Below, piece by piece: positions 29,428 through 39,809 of a stretch of DNA of 64,000 nucleotides. Origin of the DNA: a virus; IMG/VR virus record IMGVR_UViG_3300028030_000001, positions 19,397 through 83,396 of that record; one strand, written 5' to 3'. Numbering within the stretch: position 1 is the first letter of the stretch; each line of letters begins with the position of its first letter. A program made the translations under genes and the position numbers. The notes under the pieces are model-generated. The model was not told the DNA's origin and ran no database searches. It saw only the letters and a list, made by a program, of their open reading frames with translations.

Positions 29428-29558
29428 TGTTAACAATGCGCTGAGCCAGACCGCCTACCCGCTGGCGGTTGTGCGTGCGTCTTGCTGGTGTTGTTCTGGT
29501 TGTTCATCATCTACCTCCATACCTGCAATCCGGCGGCTGGCAGCCCTTGACGTTAGGT
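29428..29558 (+). mobile_element. attC-like integron cassette recombination site
   Basis: R'' TGTTAAC, then GCTGAGCCAGACCGCC ... GGCGGCTGGCAGC imperfect inverted arms with extrahelical bases, then R' GTTAGGT. 131 bp. Confidence 0.55.
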
Positions 29559-29658
29559 GTCGATTAAAATATTCTTCAGCAATATCGTTTGACATATTGC
29601 TTTTAATTTTTTAATGAGTAACAGCTTTCATATGTAGTGTTTTAATAATTTTCCTCAA

Positions 29659-30108
29659 TTACGCTCTCTCTATCACTTCAAAAAACTTGTCAGCCATTAC
29701 AGAACCTTCCTCAATATACTCATCTTTATCCAGTTTCAGGTGTTCAGTGTATTCTCGAAGCAAGTCTTGTAAATCATCAATAATCACACTACGTTTCCGG
29801 CTCGTTTCGCCATGCAATGTCTCAAGAATTGCAAGCCAGAAATTGATAACACCTGCCATAGTTGCGCCCTTGAACACGTTTTCAGCATCAAACGCATCAA
29901 GTTTACGTTCAACTGTTTTGATATACTTGACAGCTTTCTTACCTCTCAAAACACTTACAGGCCACTTTGATAACGCATCCGTAGCTGCTTTATGAACTTC
30001 TTCAAGAGCAAGTTCTGGAAAGTGTGGGGCAAGCGTCTCGGCCATGCCAGCGATTGAGGCCAGGATTATGTCTGTTTTCATTCGGGCAGTCATGGTTATT
30101 ACTTTCAC
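29659..30108 (-). CDS. Hypothetical helical protein
   Basis: 149 aa ORF. Confidence 0.6.
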   Translation of the reverse strand: MKVITMTARMKTDIILASIAGMAETLAPHFPELALEEVHKAATDALSKWPVSVLRGKKAVKYIKTVERKLDAFDAENVFKGATMAGVINFWLAILETLHGETSRKRSVIIDDLQDLLREYTEHLKLDKDEYIEEGSVMADKFFEVIERA

Positions 30109-30122
30109 TTGTTAAGCAACTG

Positions 30123-31299
30123 TTATAAATTGTTTCTAAAACAGTGCAAACCCTTAATAACTTGGTGTGTTGTTAAACCAGCCTTACACAATGTTTTACT
30201 GGCAAACAGCACACGCTCCTTCAAATTGTCATCAGTTAAGTGAGATGTATCAAACCCGAAAAACGTTAAATGTTCACGTATTCTTTGTATGCAAGTTTTT
30301 TGTTGATATACTTTGAACCATGTAACTATATTGAAATTAGTTATTATCATTTTTAGTGCTCGTCGTTTTGGGATAAAACCAATACAGAAGTAAAAATATA
30401 GTTTATCTACTATTCAGTCCAACACTCTTCACTTCTGTTTATAAGTCCGTCACGTTGTTCAGTATATTTATCTAACTTTCGTTGCAACTGTTCGATTTTA
30501 CCGTTCAACAACGACACAACAAACTCATACGCTTCACAGTATGTATCAAATATACGACTATATTCCGTATGTTTTAACTCTCTGTTACCTCTAATCCATA
30601 TAGATTTTTCTGTTTCACGCTCAACTTCTATTTCATGTATGATTCCGTCAGGCCAACGTGTTTTAACTCTGTACTTTTTCATATTCATCCCCTCTCAGTG
30701 TACTCACATATAGCTTCTTCGCCACAATGTTCACAAATCACGTAATCTTCGTCTGCTGGGTCTTCACAATCATTTTCACACAATTCACCACAGTAAGGAC
30801 AAGTCCATACATACCTTTCTTCTGTGTAAGCTACAAATTTTTTAATTTCCATTTTTAACCTCCCAATCTTCACACTCAATCACACTCCGACTCTGTTTCG
30901 GACATACGCCCTTATGACGGCAATTCAAGCATATGTTATATGCCTTCACTTCGTCTTTATATCCGCAATGCGGACAGAACATAATATTGTCAGTGTCGAT
31001 TACATAATCTCCTATTGTCCAATGACCGTGACATACCCCGCAACGGAAGTGATACAGAGTCTCTTTTGTGTAGGATAATTTACTCATTTTTGATTCCTCA
31101 AATATTCTCGATACGGTAACAGACACTCTTTGAACAAAACCACTGTTCCGTCATCAAGTCTGCACTTATACTTACCATCTTCAAAACCTGTGAATACAGC
31201 AGGTTGTAATGACTCATCAGACTTATTCCTGACAAGCACATTACAACCTGCTGTCATATACACACCAGTTCCAGAACTAATCAGCAATTCCAACTCCAC
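30123..31299 (-). other. Cluster of small hypothetical genes (30123..30350, 30410..30688, about 30685..30852, 30842..about 31087, 31084..31299); two carry CxxC zinc ribbons
   Basis: Overlapping short ORFs with RBSs; CPYC/CEHC and CGVC/CPHC motifs. Confidence 0.55.
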
Positions 31300-31622
31300 T
31301 TCAAAGTCTCACCGATTACTTCCTGGAGACTGCTTATGTCCATGATTTTCTTTGTGGCAGTAACCTGAACCTTGATACACTCAAAGAAATGATTTATACG
31401 ACCTTCTGCTTTGAGCCTGTTGTAAAATGTCTCAGGATCAATAGGGGCATACTTCTTGGCAGACTTCACAACCAAGACGCCTTCATCAGCCATATATGTC
31501 CCAGGCTTGTCTATATCCAATTCCTTCTTTATGGCCTTCAACTGAGCCTCAAGCTCCTTGATCTGATTATTAATCCTGCAAGCCTTGTTGATAAGTGATG
31601 CTTTCCTTCCGGTAACTTTCAT
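31281..31622 (-). CDS. Hypothetical phage protein with its own promoter
   Basis: CACGAAAGGAGAC RBS; N-terminal coiled coil. Confidence 0.65.
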   Translation of the reverse strand: MKVTGRKASLINKACRINNQIKELEAQLKAIKKELDIDKPGTYMADEGVLVVKSAKKYAPIDPETFYNRLKAEGRINHFFECIKVQVTATKKIMDISSLQEVIGETLKWSWNC

Positions 31623-31669
31623 GATTTGTCTCCTTTCGTGATTAAGATTAACGATTAACGATTAAGACT

Positions 31670-31698
31670 ACAATAACATACGTTTTACAGTATGTCAA
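31670..31698 (-). promoter_or_regulatory. sigma70-type promoter
   Basis: TTGACA-17 nt-TATTGT, duplicate of 26115-26143. Confidence 0.75.
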
Positions 31699-31761
31699 CA
31701 ACTTTTTATTCGTTCATACTAATTTTCACACCTTGCTTTTTATTAAAATCGTTAAAACTCA

Positions 31762-33294
31762 TTACAGAGTTTTAACAAAATTTGTTGAAAAAGAAATAGG
31801 TGATACAAACTCTTCCAACAAACTTTTTAACTTGTACCGATTCAACTTCTTCGGTACAAGTCTTCCAAACGCATCAGCATTATGCAACTTGGACTTCAGA
31901 ACATCTGAAGTCAATCTGTTACATAAATTCATTGATGCATTATGGTCTGCATTATCTTCATATCCACATTGAACACATTTGAAATCTTTTTGTGTCAAGC
32001 GATTCTTTCTGTCTATAAATCCACAATCAGAACATTGTTGAGACGAATATGAAGCATGAGTTACATGAACTCTGATTCCTAACTTTTCTCCAATTCTTAC
32101 AAGAGCATTCTTAACACTACTTAAATGAAGAAGTTTAGAAAGTCTAATCCATTTGATTCCAAACTCTTCACAAAAACCGAATTTATCTTTGAGTAACAAA
32201 TCTTCAACGACTAAATCTGTTACTCCTTTATTGCTTAATGTTCTTAGAATATTGGAGCAAAGATAATCAAAATAACCTTTCAATCTCCTATGGATTTTCT
32301 TCAGTTTCTTTAATTGTCCAGAGTCAAGATTTTGATAACCAATCTCATCAAACTGTTTCAAAAGTTCAATCTGTTTCTTGATAAAATTTCTATCAAAGTC
32401 AAATTCAGTTCCATCTGAACACACAGCAAAATTATGTTTCAGATTTACATCCAGACCAACAGCTCTGTAACACTCTGAAACGAAATCTGGGTCATCAGCA
32501 TTGCAGGTTGTAACTACATGTACTTTACTTTTGTTCTCTCTTCTAAAAATGAGAAACTCTTTTGCAATCAATTTATCTGGGGTATGATAATCAAAATTAG
32601 TCTGTAACGGCAGATAAATCCCGCCATAACCTTTCTTAAGTTTCAGATAAAGCCACCAATTATAAAGGCTATTTGTTTCATCTTGTACTATTTGAGCATA
32701 ATTTTTAGATGCTTTCAAAACTGCTTCATTCTTGTACTCAATCTTTCTAACATTAGATATTGCTCTTTGACGAATTTGTTGAGAAATCTTAACAATTCTA
32801 TCGAAATATGGTTTTGACTCGTAATAATTAAGTGCTTCCTGGAACCAATCATTTTTGGCAGATTCAAATTGTTCTGGATTTAAGTAAACCAAAAATTTGA
32901 TAAATTTGCTTAAATTAGTTGGCTTTTTTATTAACTTAAAATTTTTTACGTCTCCAACCTTATGTTTCTTGGTTTTTCTTTTGTAACGAGAAACTTTAAT
33001 GTCTTTCTGTATCTTTAGATTTACTTTCTTTAATTGAGCTTTAACACTGTTCTCATACAATCTAACTTGAAACTGATATTCTTTCTGAATATTACAAGCT
33101 GGGACTATATCAGAAGTAAACTGAGCATATTGTTGGAGTAGAACTTTCTTGTTCGTTATAAGACAAACAAGATTATCAAAGATATAATCATTGATTTTGT
33201 CTCGTAACCAAGTCAATTCATTAAAAACCAAATCAAGAACATCATTCTTGCTTTGATTCTGTCTGTATGCTGTATATCTTTGTGATTTAATCAT
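31762..33294 (-). CDS. tnpB: TnpB/Cas12f-like RNA-guided endonuclease (IS200/IS605/IS607-derived), no tnpA
   Basis: RuvC-I GLDVN, RuvC-II VVEDL, YSSQQCSDCG...FKCVQCG zinc finger and RuvC-III NADHNAS. Clearly more AT-rich than its neighbours. Confidence 0.9.
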   Translation of the reverse strand: MIKSQRYTAYRQNQSKNDVLDLVFNELTWLRDKINDYIFDNLVCLITNKKVLLQQYAQFTSDIVPACNIQKEYQFQVRLYENSVKAQLKKVNLKIQKDIKVSRYKRKTKKHKVGDVKNFKLIKKPTNLSKFIKFLVYLNPEQFESAKNDWFQEALNYYESKPYFDRIVKISQQIRQRAISNVRKIEYKNEAVLKASKNYAQIVQDETNSLYNWWLYLKLKKGYGGIYLPLQTNFDYHTPDKLIAKEFLIFRRENKSKVHVVTTCNADDPDFVSECYRAVGLDVNLKHNFAVCSDGTEFDFDRNFIKKQIELLKQFDEIGYQNLDSGQLKKLKKIHRRLKGYFDYLCSNILRTLSNKGVTDLVVEDLLLKDKFGFCEEFGIKWIRLSKLLHLSSVKNALVRIGEKLGIRVHVTHASYSSQQCSDCGFIDRKNRLTQKDFKCVQCGYEDNADHNASMNLCNRLTSDVLKSKLHNADAFGRLVPKKLNRYKLKSLLEEFVSPISFSTNFVKTL

Positions 33295-33325
33295 TTTTAT
33301 TAAAGATTAAAATGGTTTTTATCCT

Positions 33326-36034
33326 CTATATTATTTTCATCAACATATTTATGAAACTGTCCTTATTCCGTTTCTTGGCTACCCTGAAACCGAGCCGTTT
33401 CATCTCATCAATAAATTTATGTCTTGGCATGGGTCTCTTATCCATACTGCCAGCAGTCTCTCTATAAGCCTTATAAACCTCTTTTACACCTACTGCCGGA
33501 GGTTTTGTTTCAGGCGGTTTTACCTTGCTGATACTGTATGTAGCCAGGAACGCTTCGAGTACATCTTCTGATATTTTCCACTCATTCATCAACTTATGGT
33601 GTGATTTGGTGAGTGTAAAGTTGTTTTGGGCAAGCAACCTTTCAAGACCTTCACATGCCCAGCCAAGAATCTGAGGCATTTCGTGTAGCAGTTTGGTTGC
33701 CAGTCTCACATCTTTATCTCTTTCTTTGATAACTTGAGCAAACTCAAACATTAACCAACGCCTTAACATACCATGTGACATATCAGACGTTTTTATAAGG
33801 TGGTTTGAACTGAATACCTGAGCCGCATCGCATACGAAACTGTACGGGTGTCCGTACTTTCTTCGGGCAGAAATCAGGACATTATCGACTACAGCTTTGA
33901 AGTTGTCAGAGGACAGTACCTGGGTTTGAGGTAGCTCGGAAACTACATTGAGCAATTTGTCAGTAAGTTCAGCCCGCATACATGGATCAGTAAAATCATA
34001 AGGACTGACTGATACAACCAATTCATCAGGAAGTAATGACCTTAACACATTCATAACGACTGATTTTCCGTTAGAACCAATCCCATAGAAAAGCACAGCC
34101 TTATGAAATTTGTTAAGCATACCGAATATTACGGCTCCAAACACTTCCTGAAGTACAAGAATCTGGTCAGGATCACGTAAAAATGCCCAACGTAAGAATC
34201 TGAGCCATTTTTCAGGCATATTTTTCCTGTCAACTTCCGTTTTCAGTTTGTATCTTGTTTTTAATTCAGGACTCGGTGCAGTTTCTGTAACCTTCCCATC
34301 TTCTATTATGTACACCCTGTTTTCCGGTGTAACAAATGAGACAGGAGCATTAACAAAGAACTGCTCATCTTCTTTCATTTCGTAGATATGTCTTGCGATA
34401 GAAATATAATCACCCCTCTTTTTGCATACGTTGTAGGTATCACCAAAGAATCCAGCTATCTCTACAGATATTGTACTGATAGGTACAGGAACCCATCTTG
34501 CCTTTCCGTCATATCTGTAAATCATATCATAACAACCAACTAATTCATGCGGTTGTGTTGACAAATACGCCATAGCAATTCCGTGGTGTGAATTTTCAAC
34601 TTCAAGATCATCATCTAATTCTACACCTTCTACAGAAGTTTCTTCAGACTTTTCGTAGCTTTTAACCTCTTTATCCAGTACAGGTTTCCTTACGCCTACC
34701 GTCTTTGCAACTTTGGATAGATACTGCTCATACCTGATTGCATCAGCTTTTTTAAGTAAGCTGAGGCGAGCCAATCCGGTGTCTAACACTTCATCAGATG
34801 ATGTATTTTTTAACCACTCATCGAGTGTTTCTGACGGCTCTATACAAGTATAAACACGGCCTCCGTGAGCGAACGAATTTATGATTATCTCGTAATCGCT
34901 CTTATAAAATATCTTGGCCTTGCTCTTGCCATAATCAGGTTCGATAGGGTCACGAATCACCATATCTTCATATTTTTCTCTGTTCGTGAACAAATCTGCA
35001 ACCTTTATAGGCTCGTTGTCGTTTGTATAGATAATATCGTCCGGCAACAGAACGCCGGACAACCGACTCGTCACAGTTCTGGTAGGGTGCTTTACATCTC
35101 CATGTTTCTTTAATTGCTCTGTCTGTTGTTTCACATACTCTTCCCTGATTTCCTTAGCTTGATTGACATATTTGTTTTTCTCAAGTTTAATCAAACCCTG
35201 GACAGCTTGTGTATGGGCAGGACTGATAGGCTCGGTTTTGTTCGTGTCCAGTGCAATACCTGGATAGAATTTTGACTCAACAGGTATCTGACACACAGGA
35301 TCAGTACATCCTGCACGTGCCGCAAAATCAAGGCGTTCAGGAGAGAACACAGCCGTATCAAACAGAACACGAGGCAACAATGTTCCAGCTTTTGATATAA
35401 GAAACCAGCCAAGACCTTCAAACCAGCATATATTGGTCAGAATCTGTACCAGTTCCTTAATCTTGGTAAAGTCCGAAACAGGAACATACACTCTCTGTCC
35501 TGTAACGCCTTGAACAAGCTCTTTATTATTGCCTTGTTTCAGATAGATACAAGACGAAGCAGATGGACGCCATAACATAGCCGCATCACGCAACAACCAG
35601 TGCAGGTTTTTAAGCCGTTTAACAAGCTGATTACCTATAAACGGTGTTGTGTCAGGAGGCGGGTCATAATCAAAATACATAATCCCGCCTTCATCCGGCC
35701 ACACTATGTCATCGAGTGTTCTTGTTATAGCGTTCTTGTACCGTTCAGGCTCGTCCTCTTTGAGTTGCCTGCTGACAATCTCATACTTGGTACGTCTGTC
35801 TGAACCTGTTACATAGATTTTGGGAACACCTGCAACAATAGCCTGATTTGTCTTGAGGTTATTCAGAAACTCGTCAAGTTTTTCAAAGTTTATTTTAACA
35901 ACCTCAAGTACACCCTCTACCAAGTAACACTCACTTGCATCTTTTACGAGCGCACCTGATTCATCCTGATATATGCGTTTGGTCAACAAGCCGTCCTGTT
36001 TCGTTATTACACTAAACGTAACTGGAATCGGCAT
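33326..36034 (-). CDS. Primase-helicase (N-terminal primase-like domain, C-terminal D5/SF3 helicase)
   Basis: YFDYD and RPSASS in the N-terminus; GIGSNGKS Walker A, VVSE, FSSN and RRW helicase motifs. Confidence 0.88.
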   Translation of the reverse strand: MPIPVTFSVITKQDGLLTKRIYQDESGALVKDASECYLVEGVLEVVKINFEKLDEFLNNLKTNQAIVAGVPKIYVTGSDRRTKYEIVSRQLKEDEPERYKNAITRTLDDIVWPDEGGIMYFDYDPPPDTTPFIGNQLVKRLKNLHWLLRDAAMLWRPSASSCIYLKQGNNKELVQGVTGQRVYVPVSDFTKIKELVQILTNICWFEGLGWFLISKAGTLLPRVLFDTAVFSPERLDFAARAGCTDPVCQIPVESKFYPGIALDTNKTEPISPAHTQAVQGLIKLEKNKYVNQAKEIREEYVKQQTEQLKKHGDVKHPTRTVTSRLSGVLLPDDIIYTNDNEPIKVADLFTNREKYEDMVIRDPIEPDYGKSKAKIFYKSDYEIIINSFAHGGRVYTCIEPSETLDEWLKNTSSDEVLDTGLARLSLLKKADAIRYEQYLSKVAKTVGVRKPVLDKEVKSYEKSEETSVEGVELDDDLEVENSHHGIAMAYLSTQPHELVGCYDMIYRYDGKARWVPVPISTISVEIAGFFGDTYNVCKKRGDYISIARHIYEMKEDEQFFVNAPVSFVTPENRVYIIEDGKVTETAPSPELKTRYKLKTEVDRKNMPEKWLRFLRWAFLRDPDQILVLQEVFGAVIFGMLNKFHKAVLFYGIGSNGKSVVMNVLRSLLPDELVVSVSPYDFTDPCMRAELTDKLLNVVSELPQTQVLSSDNFKAVVDNVLISARRKYGHPYSFVCDAAQVFSSNHLIKTSDMSHGMLRRWLMFEFAQVIKERDKDVRLATKLLHEMPQILGWACEGLERLLAQNNFTLTKSHHKLMNEWKISEDVLEAFLATYSISKVKPPETKPPAVGVKEVYKAYRETAGSMDKRPMPRHKFIDEMKRLGFRVAKKRNKDSFINMLMKII

Positions 36035-36037
36035 TTG

Positions 36038-36232
36038 TTACCTCTCTGTCATATACAGGTCTTCAAGCGTCACTTCTCCGTCTGTAGCTATTACTATGTT
36101 TTGGGCCATACTTGGCCTCGGAGTCCTCTTACCTTGCACCCACAAGGTAATTGCAGACACAGAACAACCTACAATATCTGCAAATTCCTCATAGGTCATG
36201 TCATATCTTTTGATGTATTGTTCAATGGTCAT
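36038..36232 (-). CDS. Cro/XRE-type HTH regulator
   Basis: MTYEEFADIVGCSVSAITLWVQGKRTP...T.GEVTLEDL. Confidence 0.85.
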   Translation of the reverse strand: MTIEQYIKRYDMTYEEFADIVGCSVSAITLWVQGKRTPRPSMAQNIVIATDGEVTLEDLYMTER

Positions 36233-36457
36233 AGTTATACGCCTTTTTTCTCGTAATGCATACACCAAGCACGTTTTTTAGTTGCGAAAGTGTGTCTGGT
36301 ACATCTTTTGTTAATCTCTTTTTTATAATATTTGCGCGGACCTGCAGGTATAATTTCTGAGCTATACCACCTACAGTTAGCGCACATAGGGCCTTCGGTA
36401 GTCCAACCAATTTCCTTTTTAATGTCTGCTACTGTTGTTCGTGCCATATTATTCCTC

Positions 36458-36769
36458 TTAGTTGATGGATTGATTTGACGGTGTGGAACTGGAAGGTTTG
36501 ATGATGTTTGAGCCGAACCGCTGTTCATACGTGTTATAGACCTGTTCAACAATCGAATCGGTTACAGATATGACGTGAGCTTTTTCAATCTCGATTGTGA
36601 TGTCATTTGAAATCGGATTCGGTTCGGCTCCGAACATGAACGGCATGAAAAGGATGGACTGTTGTTGTGGCACGAGTACCATAGGATTTGTTACTTTGTA
36701 CTTGTGGCTCGTTTCCTGTTTGATTTTTGCGATTACTGTCTCGCCTGAGACAAGTTTGAAAAGATGCAT
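36458..36769 (-). CDS. Sm-like fold phage protein
   Basis: KLVSGETVIA...NPMVL...MPFM pattern; own promoter. Confidence 0.55.
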   Translation of the reverse strand: MHLFKLVSGETVIAKIKQETSHKYKVTNPMVLVPQQQSILFMPFMFGAEPNPISNDITIEIEKAHVISVTDSIVEQVYNTYEQRFGSNIIKPSSSTPSNQSIN

Positions 36770-36807
36770 ATTTTCCTCCTAGATTAAAAGTGAAAGTGGA
36801 TTTTGTC

Positions 36808-36836
36808 AGGTTAGCACAATATTTACGGTATGTCAA
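36808..36836 (-). promoter_or_regulatory. sigma70-type promoter
   Basis: TTGACA-17 nt-TAACCT. Confidence 0.6.
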
Positions 36837-36877
36837 CAGACTATTTTCTGAACGTCATTGATACTGTCAGGAATTTT

Positions 36878-37978
36878 TCATGGCATATACTCCTTGTACT
36901 CTTCATAAAACACTGTAGGAATACAATCTGTATCTATTTCGCCTGTTATATTGTCAGCACAACAAGCCGGGCAATACCCTGAAATAAATTCACTGTCCTT
37001 GGCCGTATACCCACACCATTCGCATCTGTGACAAAACGGCTTTAACTCTTTCTGATCTTTCATGATTCAGCCTCCGCAAAGTTCCACTTCCTGAGCAAAG
37101 TTATATAGACTTCATATCCGTCCCTGTCATGAGCCTTAATCAAGCCCTGTTCAGCATTGATTACCTCAGCGTTCTCAAGTGCTTCATGATCAAAAGTTAT
37201 TTCGTAATAATAACCTTCAGGCGCACTATGAGAGAACACAAACAAGCTCTTATCATTGATCGAATACAAGTCATAACATCTGTTATTTATCATAAACCCG
37301 TCAGCCTTATAGATGGTCTCAAGTATATTTTTCATAATTCGTCTCCTTTCGTGTATCGTATATATTATTCTGTGAACTACAAAATGTGTTGTGTCTCATC
37401 CATGAGACACATCAGGTTAATAAACATCAGTTTCGCCAAGGTTCGCAATCAACTGTTCTTTTACTTCATCTTCAAATTCAGCCCAATTATCAGGCTCATA
37501 CTCTCTGCCATCCTCATCGTACACATGATAAATCCTGACATCAGTTATCTCAGGAACGATGGCATATTTTGGAGTAAGAGCGAACGGGTTTCGTGTATAT
37601 TGCGGAACCTCTTTGATGTTTAGGTCATATTCACCTATGACCAGTAGTGTTTTGTTGACATAATCAAAGTCAAAATCAAAATCGTGTGTCTGTTTCATAT
37701 TGCTACTCCTCAAGAAACGCTTTCATATCATCAATGGTAACAATGACTGTACGAGTTGTGTCAGGAACTCTTACAGTCATTTTACCTTTATTCTTGCCTC
37801 GTTTAGCCTTCCTGAATTCAGCACCTTTAACAACCATCTCTTTGCATTTTGACGGGTCTTTATCTCCTACCCAGCCTGCATAATACAGTCGGAAATTTTC
37901 AGAAACATTACCAAGTTTCTTGTAAGCGGCTTTGCCATAAGCTGTATCTCCAAGCAAATCTATAATCATATCATGCAT
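36878..37978 (-). other. Cluster of small early genes (36878..37063 zinc ribbon, 37060..37335, 37417..about 37698, 37703..37978)
   Basis: Short co-oriented ORFs with AGGAG RBSs. Confidence 0.55.
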
Positions 37979-38681
37979 AATCTTGTCTCCTTTGTCTCCT
38001 TTTGAATCTGTAACCTGCTTCGTTCAACGCCTGAGCCAGAATCTTGTCTGGTACAGGACTATGGCCGGGATGCATCGTAGGCAAAATCGACTCAATATCC
38101 GCTGAGAAGTGTGGCCAGAATGGGAGCATCGTCATATTGTGTTCAGTAATCTCAGGTGTTGTATCAGCATAAGTAGGTATCGTTTTATACGCCACATCAT
38201 ACCTGAACACCATAGATTGAGCGGTCATCAGTACAACATCATATGCAGACATAGCTGACACCAAATACTTTTTGAACTGTTCTGCATGTTCTGACATATA
38301 CAGAATCCTGAATATATCCATATGTCGTTCCTCGTATGTGTACTCGTTAGTGATAGGAAACCTTCTTATAGTCTGTTGATACACAGAATGGTTGAAATGA
38401 CAATCGCCGTGTTGTTTAGACCACGGACAATCCATACACTCACTTTCTACAAACTCGATACAGTACGGACACAGATCAGAATCATCTGCGGCATTAGCGA
38501 ATGCCCAGGACAGAATGTTGAACGTTAACTGGACAAGTACATTAGGCCGTTCGTGTGTGTAGCTGATTACTTCTGGATCGTTGTAGTACCTGGCCTGCCG
38601 TGGAGCATATTCAGAAATAGCTTCCGCTTTGAAGTCCATAAACTTCTTTGCTATCTCTTTGTACAGTTCGATATTTTTCAT
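37971..38681 (-). CDS. Cys-cluster protein, paralog family copy 1
   Basis: FMxxK...DxxLCPYC..CxxCxW...HGxC....SxY...PxK...A...AGY. Confidence 0.7.
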   Translation of the reverse strand: MKNIELYKEIAKKFMDFKAEAISEYAPRQARYYNDPEVISYTHERPNVLVQLTFNILSWAFANAADDSDLCPYCIEFVESECMDCPWSKQHGDCHFNHSVYQQTIRRFPITNEYTYEERHMDIFRILYMSEHAEQFKKYLVSAMSAYDVVLMTAQSMVFRYDVAYKTIPTYADTTPEITEHNMTMLPFWPHFSADIESILPTMHPGHSPVPDKILAQALNEAGYRFKRRQRRQDYA

Positions 38682-38743
38682 GTTTCGTCTCCTTTAGTGT
38701 GTGTAGCAGGTGTCACAATTTGTGACACCTGCTGTAGCTCAAC

Positions 38744-39025
38744 TTATGATTCAGTAATGTAATCCAGTTTCAGAGTCCATCCACGAGGCGTGTGAAGCCA
38801 CGTTACATCCAGAGCCGTGTTAGGCCGCATTGTAGGAACGAACAGTATTGCGTCAGGTCTTTCGAGCCTTGGAATAATGGACATAATATGGCCGTCAATA
38901 TAGACTCGGATTTGTGATGGACTTGTTCTGAGTATATGTGATTCGTTGTCAGAACATGGCTCGATGTCTGACAGTTTCACAGCCTCACTGGTTACGACAA
39001 TACAATCGTTTTTTGATACTTTCAT
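38744..39025 (-). CDS. Hypothetical early protein
   Basis: CACGAAAGGAGAC RBS. Confidence 0.55.
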   Translation of the reverse strand: MKVSKNDCIVVTSEAVKLSDIEPCSDNESHILRTSPSQIRVYIDGHIMSIIPRLERPDAILFVPTMRPNTALDVTWLHTPRGWTLKLDYITES

Positions 39026-39087
39026 GGTTTGTCTCCTTTCGTGTTAAGATAGTATAGTGTTTACGTTATGCCACCGGCATAATTTAT

Positions 39088-39747
39088 TTATTCTGGTAAA
39101 TGAAGCGGCCCTATAGCGAACCTGATTTCAGGGTTGAGATAGGTGTGGTTCAGAGAGTTGACTGAGCCGTAAATCAGTCCGTCCCTGATTTGTGTCAGTT
39201 CCATATTCGGGGTTTCATATGTTTTTGTTACTTTCACGGCCATTTTTGTAATCGTGTTCAGATAATCAGGATTAACCTGAATCGGTACGGAATCCTTGTC
39301 TGATTCATCATACGTTTTGAAAACGTACTTGTAATCAGGCAATGTCCTGTAGTGTGTTTTTGATTTGAAAGTCGATATATTTATGTCCTTGTCAATAGAC
39401 GTAACCGAAACTGAATCGTTAGTGTTAACGGAAACGAGCAGGGTTTTGACAATAGGCAAAAGAGCTTTCTGGTACGAGCCTGAAGCTTTTATGGCATTAG
39501 CCAGGATTTTGGCCGGGATCGGGATCGGAGTCTCTGGTGGATCGGTATGCTTTATATCAGGTTCAGGAAATTCCTGAAGCATATCCTGACACTCGTGGAT
39601 GTTTGCGAACGCCATAAAATTTCCGTGCGGGATTGCGATTAAGTGGTGAGTTTCAGAATCGTAATAAAGGAATTTGAACTCCGATTCCTTGTGGTTTGCG
39701 ATTATAGTCAGAGCTTCGGCTGTCTGTGTTGGGATGATGAACTGCAT
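39088..39747 (-). CDS. Possible sliding-clamp (beta-clamp-like) fold protein
   Basis: LPDYKYVF...VNPDYL resembles the clamp motifs FPDYxxV and FNxxYL. Confidence 0.4.
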   Translation of the reverse strand: MQFIIPTQTAEALTIIANHKESEFKFLYYDSETHHLIAIPHGNFMAFANIHECQDMLQEFPEPDIKHTDPPETPIPIPAKILANAIKASGSYQKALLPIVKTLLVSVNTNDSVSVTSIDKDINISTFKSKTHYRTLPDYKYVFKTYDESDKDSVPIQVNPDYLNTITKMAVKVTKTYETPNMELTQIRDGLIYGSVNSLNHTYLNPEIRFAIGPLHLPE

Positions 39748-39780
39748 AGTATTGTCTCCTTTCGTGATATGTTGTGTGTT

Positions 39781-39809
39781 AGTATAGTATATTGTTTACG
39801 TTCTGTCAA
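39781..39809 (-). promoter_or_regulatory. Strong sigma70-type early promoter
   Basis: TTGACA-GAACGTAAACAATATAC-TATACT. Confidence 0.8.

Noticed and set aside
31640-31667. CtrA boxes in the GATTAA repeats
   Set aside because: The TTAA spacing is 2-3 nt, not the TTAA-N7-TTAA consensus.
31737-33304. TTTTTATTAAA direct repeat flanking tnpB as a target-site duplication
   Set aside because: Low-complexity AT sequence, and IS200/IS605 elements do not make such duplications. The element ends could not be defined.
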